The notes under the pieces were generated by a model. The model was not told the origin of the DNA. It saw only the letters and a list, made by a program, of their open reading frames with translations, and made no database searches. A stretch of DNA of 64,000 nucleotides from contig CBDCNV010000002.1 of assembly GCA_965219535.1 (NCBI GenBank), positions 2,154,981 through 2,218,980 on the forward strand, read 5' to 3'. Of the stretch, positions 57,830 to 64,000 are shown in pieces. The DNA comes from Opitutales bacterium. Lineage in GTDB: Bacteria > Verrucomicrobiota > Verrucomicrobiia > Opitutales > PNEW01. Position 1 is the stretch's first letter. The number at the start of each line of letters is the position of its first letter. Made by a program: the position numbers and the translations under genes.

Positions 57830-59189
57830 TATAATTACTGAAAAACAAACCCTCGAAGAAAGATATCTAAAGCAGATTTTTGTCCGCTCTCAGATGACGG
57901 AATTTGTAAAGGACCCTTTCGTAATGAGTAGTTCAGATGGGGTTTATTATACGGATATTGATGGAAAACGTTACCTTGATGCCATAGCAGGAATTTTTGT
58001 CGCTTCGGTTGGCCATAATAACCGACGGGTGATTGAAGCGATTAACGACCAGTTGGACAAAATGTCCTTTTCCCCGATCATACACGGCACGAATGCATTA
58101 GCTGTTCAATTAGCCAATTTACTGGCAGAAATTGCCCCCGGTGATTTAAGCGCGGTCAAATTCTGCTGTGGGGGATCGGAGGCAAACGAAACCGCTTTTA
58201 AAATGGCGCGCCAGTATCATAAACTTAACGGTAATCCTAACAAGTATAAGGTAATCTCGCGCTACCAGTCCTGGCATGGGTGCACAATGGGGTCCCTGTC
58301 CGCGTCCGGACTAACTTCACGTCGTGTTGACTCCGAGCCGCTGGCGGCAGGATTTGTTCATGTATTCCCTCCCTATTGCTATCGCTGTCCTTTTGGTAAG
58401 GAATACCCCAGTTGTAATATCACCTGTGCCGGCTTGATTGAAGATACGATTATGATGGAAGATCCTGAGACCGTCGCCGCGGTCATTGTTGAGCCGATCG
58501 GGCATACCGGTGGCATCATTGATCCTCCCCCTGAATATCTTCCCCAATTACGAGAATTTTGTGACCGACATAACGTGCTTTTGATTTTTGATGAAATTAT
58601 TACCGGAATGGGGCGCACGGGAGAAATGTTTGCTGCTGAAACATTCGGAGTGATTCCTGATGTGATTTGCCTGGGCAAGGGTTTATCTGGTGGATACATG
58701 CCACTATCCGCGGTGCTATGTCGAAGACACATTGCGGATAAATTCTGGGGAGATGAGGAGACAAATCCGGGCTTGGTGTCGGGTCATACATATGAAGGTA
58801 ACCCCATCGCCTGCGCGGCTGGATTGGCGACGATAGCGGAGATTATCGAAAAGGATTTGTGCGCAAATACCCGTAAAGTGGGCAGCCATTTGCGCGATGG
58901 TCTGGAGGGGCTTCGCAAGCACGAAATTATCGGCGACATTCGAGGGAAGGGATTGTTTTTTGGTGTCGAGTTTGTTCGTGATCGGGTGACAAAAGAAAAG
59001 TTTTCGGATGATATTCCGATTGCCACATTAATTGGAAAACGCGCCTTAGAAAAAGGACTCTTGCTACGCTACGATCCTCATTGGTTATCAATCGGCCCCC
59101 CTCTAATCCTGACTGAAAGTCAGGCCGATGATATTGTTTCTATTTTGGATGCTAGTATAACAGAAGTGCTGCAGGAGATTAAAAGCTAG
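57822..59189 (+). CDS. class III (omega) aminotransferase
   Basis: GSEANE, DEIITGMGRTG, LGKGLSGGYMPLSA (PLP lysine region). The ATG at 57822 overlaps the upstream stop (ATGAGTGA). Confidence 0.85.
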   Translation: MSDIITEKQTLEERYLKQIFVRSQMTEFVKDPFVMSSSDGVYYTDIDGKRYLDAIAGIFVASVGHNNRRVIEAINDQLDKMSFSPIIHGTNALAVQLANLLAEIAPGDLSAVKFCCGGSEANETAFKMARQYHKLNGNPNKYKVISRYQSWHGCTMGSLSASGLTSRRVDSEPLAAGFVHVFPPYCYRCPFGKEYPSCNITCAGLIEDTIMMEDPETVAAVIVEPIGHTGGIIDPPPEYLPQLREFCDRHNVLLIFDEIITGMGRTGEMFAAETFGVIPDVICLGKGLSGGYMPLSAVLCRRHIADKFWGDEETNPGLVSGHTYEGNPIACAAGLATIAEIIEKDLCANTRKVGSHLRDGLEGLRKHEIIGDIRGKGLFFGVEFVRDRVTKEKFSDDIPIATLIGKRALEKGLLLRYDPHWLSIGPPLILTESQADDIVSILDASITEVLQEIKS

Positions 59190-59214
59190 AGTGTAATTGC
59201 ATCGCGCCCCTATT

Positions 59215-59639
59215 GTCATTGCGAGGAGCAACGCGACGCGGCAATCCAGAAATTTTGGATTAACCATTGCCACATATAAACCGATTTAATACATGTGCGC
59301 AATGTGTATTACGTTTACATCCTCACCAGTAAGCGTAATGGAACACTTTACACTGGTGTCACCTGTAGTTTATTTCGTCGCTTATGGGAACATAAAAATA
59401 AATTTAAGGAAGGGTTTACCAAGAAATACAATATACAAAGGCTGGTATATCACGAATCCTTTTATGATATTCAAAATGCTATCGTACGTGAAAAGCAAAT
59501 TAAAGCCGGATCGAGAAAAAAGAAGATTGCTTTAATTGAAGCAGAGAACCCCCATTGGAAAGATCTGAGCGGAGACTGGTATTCGTAAAACAATGACGAT
59601 TCGCCTGGATTGCTTCGTCGTGATGCTCCTCGCAATGAC
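59215..59639 (+). mobile_element. candidate GIY-YIG nuclease element: single gene bracketed by 35-bp inverted arms
   Basis: The left arm 59215-59249 and the reverse complement of the right arm 59604-59639 agree at 31 of 35 positions. The arm family is dispersed across the window. Confidence 0.6.
59295..59588 (+). CDS. GIY-YIG nuclease family protein (small UPF0213/COG2827-like)
   Basis: 97 codons with a GTG start. YVYILTSKRNGTLYTGVT...RRLWEH...E.AIVREKQIK are typical GIY-YIG motifs. Confidence 0.85.
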   Translation: MRNVYYVYILTSKRNGTLYTGVTCSLFRRLWEHKNKFKEGFTKKYNIQRLVYHESFYDIQNAIVREKQIKAGSRKKKIALIEAENPHWKDLSGDWYS

Positions 59640-59666
59640 AAATGGGGAGGCACGTGCCCTCCATTA

Positions 59667-60506
59667 TCAGGTGCGAACAGCATGTCTGAAGAGTGGTTTA
59701 GCTATATCTGGAAGACTTTCAAAAACTTCCAGAGGCATCGGGGGGTATTGGATAACCCTTTGCTTGGGGTCATCATTAACAATTTTCATTTCTGTCGATC
59801 CTGGTAGGTATATATTCTGATTCATCCACCAGGGCGCGTATCGGGCAACCATGGAGACACGGGACTTATCCGTTTTATTCGCTCCGCCCGCATGCCACAT
59901 ACGACTGTCAAAAGCGAGGACGCTACCCGCAGACCCGGTCACCTGTATTTCATCGGGAAAAGGTTCAAAATTTGGTTCTTCACCATAGGAAGGATTTGTA
60001 TTTCGTTTATGGCTGCGCGGCACGAGGTGGGTCGCGCCGTTTTCCTCTTTAAAGGGGTCAATCATCCAGATTGTGGTAATGGTCATTAAAATTGTATTAA
60101 GGTATGGACTTTCAATATGCCCCGCATAGTTTCCCGCGAACGGTTGATCCCCATGCCACTCCCTACGATCGCTATGGGGTATATTATTCGTGGTAGAAGT
60201 GGCACAAACGCGAAAATGAGGGCCGAATAAATTTTCTATCAAGGTGGTCATTCGGGTGTCAGCGAGATATTCGGCAAAAGACGGAATATAATTTATGGAA
60301 GAAGCGCAATAATTGGTAATTCCATCAGTGACTCGAGTGAAAGGTTTGTTTTCGGGTTCACCTTGTCCGATAGTGATTAATTCGTCTCTGATAGGAGCAA
60401 TACGCTCTTCTGGCACTACATCCTCAATTAAACACCACCCCTCATCACGGATCTCTGCTGCCAATGACTCCGTCGATTTTACCGCTTTGGTTTTTGTTTC
60501 CATCAC
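59667..60506 (-). CDS. PhyH family Fe(II)/2-oxoglutarate oxygenase
   Basis: WHGDQ, HLVPRSH, MWHAGGAN. Confidence 0.8.
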   Translation of the reverse strand: MMETKTKAVKSTESLAAEIRDEGWCLIEDVVPEERIAPIRDELITIGQGEPENKPFTRVTDGITNYCASSINYIPSFAEYLADTRMTTLIENLFGPHFRVCATSTTNNIPHSDRREWHGDQPFAGNYAGHIESPYLNTILMTITTIWMIDPFKEENGATHLVPRSHKRNTNPSYGEEPNFEPFPDEIQVTGSAGSVLAFDSRMWHAGGANKTDKSRVSMVARYAPWWMNQNIYLPGSTEMKIVNDDPKQRVIQYPPMPLEVFESLPDIAKPLFRHAVRT

Positions 60507-60721
60507 TGCATCCTCATATTTATGCGTTTTGCTCTTTGATCAAGATAATACACAGGGACGAAATTATACCCATCTTCAAATTTTACAAGTCCTCAAAATG
60601 CGAGATATTAGTGTAATAAACCCTTTGTTGAGGTTAAAGTTTATTGATGGGTATAGTTTAATGGAGAAGTAATTATGCTATCGACATGGCGAGAGTTTAA
60701 GGTATACTAATAATTGATTAT

Positions 60722-61456
60722 GGGTCATGCCTAGAATAGACACATATCAGATGTGTAAGCTATTCTAGACAAATGAGAAATAAGTATGTACATCGTTCAA
60801 AAATTTCTGAGGCCAAATTTCGGCAGTTAGTAAAGTGTTTTAGCTTGGATATGGAAGCGTTGAAGATAGCCCAATTGACAGGATTGAATCGTAACACGGT
60901 CAACCGTTATTTGCGCTTGTTGCGGGAGCGTTTGTTGCAGCAATGTGCGCAGGCCTCGCCTTTTAGGGGGTCGGTGGAAATGGATGAGTCCTACTTTGGA
61001 GGCAAAAGAATTCCAGGGCAAAGAGGTCGGGGTGCATTCAAGAAAGTGCCCGTCTTCGGGTTGCTCAAGCGTAATGGGAAAGTCTATACCCAGGTTGTAC
61101 GCAATGTCTCCAGAGCCGCTCTGCATGCGGTGATCCAAGGGAGAGTTACTTTTGACAGTGTGCTTTATTCTGACGGGTGGCGTGCTTACAACGGCCTCGT
61201 GGATCTGGGCTATAAGAAGCATTACCGTGTCAATCACAACGACAACGAGTTTGCCCAGGGACACTCCCACATTAACGGGATTGAATCTTTTTGGGCTTTT
61301 GCTAAACTTCGATTGGCTAAGTTCAAAGGTCTTTCTCGTAGGACCTTCCAACTGCACCTCAAAGAAACTGAATATCGCTTTAACCATCGTCATCAAAACC
61401 TCCATCGTAACATCCTTAATATGTGCTTAAGATACCCTCTGTTCTAGGCATGACCC
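60722..61456 (+). mobile_element. IS1595-family insertion sequence (ISXO2-like), 735 bp
   Basis: Inverted repeats gggtcatgcctagaa (60722) and ttctaggcatgaccc (ending 61456). 8-bp direct repeat TTGATTAT at 60714-60721 and 61457-61464. Confidence 0.9.
60773..61447 (+). CDS. IS1595-family (ISXO2-like) transposase
   Basis: DESYFGGKR...GRG...VFGLLKRNGKVYT...SDGWRAYNGL...HINGIESFW. The stop codon lies inside the right inverted repeat. Confidence 0.9.
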   Translation: MRNKYVHRSKISEAKFRQLVKCFSLDMEALKIAQLTGLNRNTVNRYLRLLRERLLQQCAQASPFRGSVEMDESYFGGKRIPGQRGRGAFKKVPVFGLLKRNGKVYTQVVRNVSRAALHAVIQGRVTFDSVLYSDGWRAYNGLVDLGYKKHYRVNHNDNEFAQGHSHINGIESFWAFAKLRLAKFKGLSRRTFQLHLKETEYRFNHRHQNLHRNILNMCLRYPLF

Positions 61457-61494
61457 TTGATTATTATACTTAATTAATTGATATTTCAGCATAT

Positions 61495-61971
61495 ATGAAA
61501 AAGAGACAAGATTTTGAATCACAGGGGTTTACTTTGGTCGAGTTGATGATCGTTGTCGTTATCATCGGTCTCTTAGCCTCATTTGCCATCCCCGCTTTTA
61601 ATAGAACGAGAGTTGTTTCGCGAGGAACCGCCTTTCTAAATGATCTACGTGTATTCTCGGATGCGGCAGATACCTATATGATAGAAACTGGAGATTATCT
61701 CGAAGATTCAGGCAGTGGTTCTGTTCCCACGGGTTGGGATGCTTACATTAGCACCGCGAAGTGGACCGGGGCTACGCCAATAGGTGGGGTCTGGGATGTG
61801 GAATTGGACTCTTTTGGTATAAAATCAGGATTAGGCGTACATGGCCCTGACTTTACCTCTCAGCAGATGCAGGATATTGAAGACAGTTACGATGATGGCG
61901 ATCTTTCGACGGGGAAATTCCGGAAAATTGCCGCTGACCGTTACTATTTTATTCTGGAGGACAATCCTTAA
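61495..61971 (+). CDS. prepilin-type N-terminal cleavage/methylation domain protein (type II secretion / type IV pilin-like pseudopilin)
   Basis: QGFTLVELMIVVVIIGLLA leader motif. Confidence 0.85.
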   Translation: MKKRQDFESQGFTLVELMIVVVIIGLLASFAIPAFNRTRVVSRGTAFLNDLRVFSDAADTYMIETGDYLEDSGSGSVPTGWDAYISTAKWTGATPIGGVWDVELDSFGIKSGLGVHGPDFTSQQMQDIEDSYDDGDLSTGKFRKIAADRYYFILEDNP

Positions 61972-62122
61972 TAGGCTGATCCAACAGGCCTTGGTATAGC
62001 TGAAGCGTAACTAAGCTATCCATATTCTCACTCTTGACGGGTGTGAGATGTCTCTACATACAACAGCTAACTCCATCTTATGGGGAGCAAGTAATGGATT
62101 TTAGAGCAATTGGGAAAGATAA

Positions 62123-63388
62123 ATGTCATTGAAGAGAGCACCTGAAACCGATTTCGAAAAGGTATCTTCCTATCTGAGGAGACAAGAAGGAAAGTGTGTT
62201 AAATTCCTTCAAGGATTAATTCAGATTCCAACCGTGAATCCCCCTGGAGACTGCTATAAGCAGTGTGTGTCCTATCTCGATACAAAACTTAAATCGATGG
62301 GTATGAAAACCCAGGTCATTCGTGTCCCAATAAATGAGCAGAAAAAAGTGACACCCCACTTAATGAATTACCCCCGGTATAACTTAATTGGGAGATGGAA
62401 TACCGGAGCTGCGAAGACACTACATTTTAATGCACACTATGATGTGGTTCCTGTCTCGGGTGAATGGAAATATGGACCTTTTGTGCCGAGAGTTAAAGAC
62501 GAGTGGATTTACGGACGAGGGACAGCGGACATGAAAGGTGCAATTGCCGCTTGTTGTTTTGCCATTCAAGCGGTGAAGCAATGTAAACAATTACCACGGG
62601 TAAATTTAGAAGTGTCTTTCACTGCGGATGAAGAAACAGGCGGTGAACTGGGGGCCGGATATATTGTCGAGAAGAAGCTGGTTAATCCCGACTATGCCGT
62701 AGTCTGTGAAGGGGGTAGTGGAAGAACTGTAGGTTGCGGACATAATGGTGTGCTCTGGCTGGAGTCGGTGATTACCGGCAAATCTGCTCACGCCGCGCAT
62801 CCACATAATGGGATTAACGCCTTTGAAAAAATGTCGGCTCTGGTAGTCCACTTAAACCGTTGGAAAAAAACTCTGAAAAATCGAAGCTATGTATCACCTA
62901 ACGGACGTAAAATGCATCCCACGATAAATATAGGGGGTGTATTTGATGTCGGATTGGGGGCTAAAGTGAATACCGTTCCATCTCATGCGAGTTTTTCAAT
63001 CGATAGACGCATTATTCCCAGCGATTCCTTGCGCGATGGGGAGAGGGAAATAAAAAGAGTGATCAATGAAGCGAGGAGACAAATACCGGATCTGCGTGTA
63101 AAAACAGCAAGCCTCTTAGAAATCAAACCCTGTCTTGTTGATCACAGCAGTTACTTTCCCCAAACATTTTCACGCGTTGTTAGTTCGGTGCTGGGCGGTC
63201 GTACTCAATTCAATGTTTGTGACGGGTTTACCGATATGAATCGCTTTGTGAACAGCAAAATAATAACCGTGGGTTACGGTCCGGGGGGTAAATTAAACCA
63301 CGGGGTAGATGAGCGGGCAAAAATTCGCAGCATATTGCAAACAGCCAGGGTATATGCGAAACTGATGCTCTCGCTTGAAGAGAAATAA
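62123..63388 (+). CDS. M20-family metallopeptidase (ArgE/DapE/ACY1-like)
   Basis: NAHYDVVP, GRGTADMKGA, ADEETGG, GHNG motifs. Confidence 0.8.
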   Translation: MSLKRAPETDFEKVSSYLRRQEGKCVKFLQGLIQIPTVNPPGDCYKQCVSYLDTKLKSMGMKTQVIRVPINEQKKVTPHLMNYPRYNLIGRWNTGAAKTLHFNAHYDVVPVSGEWKYGPFVPRVKDEWIYGRGTADMKGAIAACCFAIQAVKQCKQLPRVNLEVSFTADEETGGELGAGYIVEKKLVNPDYAVVCEGGSGRTVGCGHNGVLWLESVITGKSAHAAHPHNGINAFEKMSALVVHLNRWKKTLKNRSYVSPNGRKMHPTINIGGVFDVGLGAKVNTVPSHASFSIDRRIIPSDSLRDGEREIKRVINEARRQIPDLRVKTASLLEIKPCLVDHSSYFPQTFSRVVSSVLGGRTQFNVCDGFTDMNRFVNSKIITVGYGPGGKLNHGVDERAKIRSILQTARVYAKLMLSLEEK

Positions 63389-63445
63389 TAAATGAAAAGA
63401 AGAGTTGAGCGCGGGCGCTTGTCCGATTAGCTCCGCCTATGAAAT

Positions 63446-63991
63446 TCAATTGCTGAAATCTACGGTCTTCATTAATTCGCGGACATAGCCGTTTGTTACC
63501 GAAGCATGGTTATTATCAGCCGCGTTTATTTCATTTTCGATTGCCTTAAAATCTTCATTGCAGAGTGTATCCAGAGAATCGAGCAAATTATCAAAAGTCT
63601 GTTGTATATCAGCTATACTTGATCCTTCTTGTTGTTGTATGATTTCTCTATAGTAGGATTTTAAATTCAGGCGTGGTATGGTAATTGCATGGTACCGCGT
63701 GCCGCGGACGCTGGCACTATGTCTCTCCGCAATTGAATTATAAATCTGTTCTTCATCTTGAAGCGCTTCTGCCGCCCTGAAAGCACGATCCATTTCATGC
63801 TGAGCGGTATCTGAAAACGTTTTATTTTTCTGGTCATAATCTGAGGTCATCGTATTGCGGGCGCTTCCGATAAGTCGGCTCAGATTAGCGACTTTGGATT
63901 TAACATTATCAAAACTGGACTGTATATCTTTATAATTCGCTTTAATGGACTCCGATTCCTGGTACTCCTCATCGGAATCTGATAAAATCAT
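63446..63991 (-). CDS. hypothetical protein; start may lie beyond the window end
   Basis: 181-aa ORF predicted to be mostly helical. The frame is still open from 63991 to the window edge at 64000. Confidence 0.4.
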   Translation of the reverse strand: MILSDSDEEYQESESIKANYKDIQSSFDNVKSKVANLSRLIGSARNTMTSDYDQKNKTFSDTAQHEMDRAFRAAEALQDEEQIYNSIAERHSASVRGTRYHAITIPRLNLKSYYREIIQQQEGSSIADIQQTFDNLLDSLDTLCNEDFKAIENEINAADNNHASVTNGYVRELMKTVDFSN

Positions 63992-64000
63992 CCCAACTTC

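Overview
64-kb chromosomal window, mid-40s % GC by eye. All functional calls rest on motifs read by eye, because no searches could be run. The gene content suggests a marine PVC-group bacterium (Verrucomicrobia or Planctomycetes-like): a DUF1501/DUF1800 pair, six PhyH-type dioxygenases, three BNR/sialidase-like propellers, a prepilin-type pseudopilin and Na+-NQR. This taxonomy is inference only.

Layout:
- 1-10.1 kb: co-directional tailoring and export genes that look like the end of an aryl-polyene or xanthomonadin-like cluster. They are a UbiC-like lyase, a flavin halogenase-like enzyme, a glycosyltransferase, a 4HBT thioesterase, a PaaK/F390-like ligase and a LolD/FtsX-type ABC exporter.
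- 10.4-18.5 kb: a PQQ-type propeller, a TonB-dependent receptor, an esterase and DUF1501/DUF1800, separated by dense intergenic repeats.
- 18603-18692: tRNA-Ser(GGA).
- 18.9-42 kb: a decayed accessory region. It holds two paralogous Ig-like secreted proteins (one split by an IS), BNR propellers, PhyH paralogs, methyltransferases, several pseudogenes, two IS3-family elements, an IS481-family element and MITEs.
- 42.3-49.5 kb: nqrABCDEF-apbE-nqrM on the minus strand.
- 50.4-63.4 kb: metabolic genes (MetE-like, PHP, PhyH, SDR, pcm, two M20 peptidases, a class III aminotransferase), an IS1595-family element and a small GIY-YIG nuclease gene.

Most interesting observations:
1. The GIY-YIG gene is bracketed by 35-bp inverted arms. 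The same arms recur about 17 more times in the window. Three gene-less copies keep the last codons of the nuclease gene, which is the relationship of an autonomous element to its MITEs.
2. Two distantly related IS3-family OrfA genes are each interrupted, at different positions, by a related 27-37-nt segment that carries a TGA.
3. One IS3-family element is nested in a MITE derived from the other.
4. Three same-strand genes are separated by attC-like imperfect palindromes.
5. Two gene 3' ends, stop codon included, are duplicated across inserted DNA.

No CRISPR array or rRNA gene was seen.
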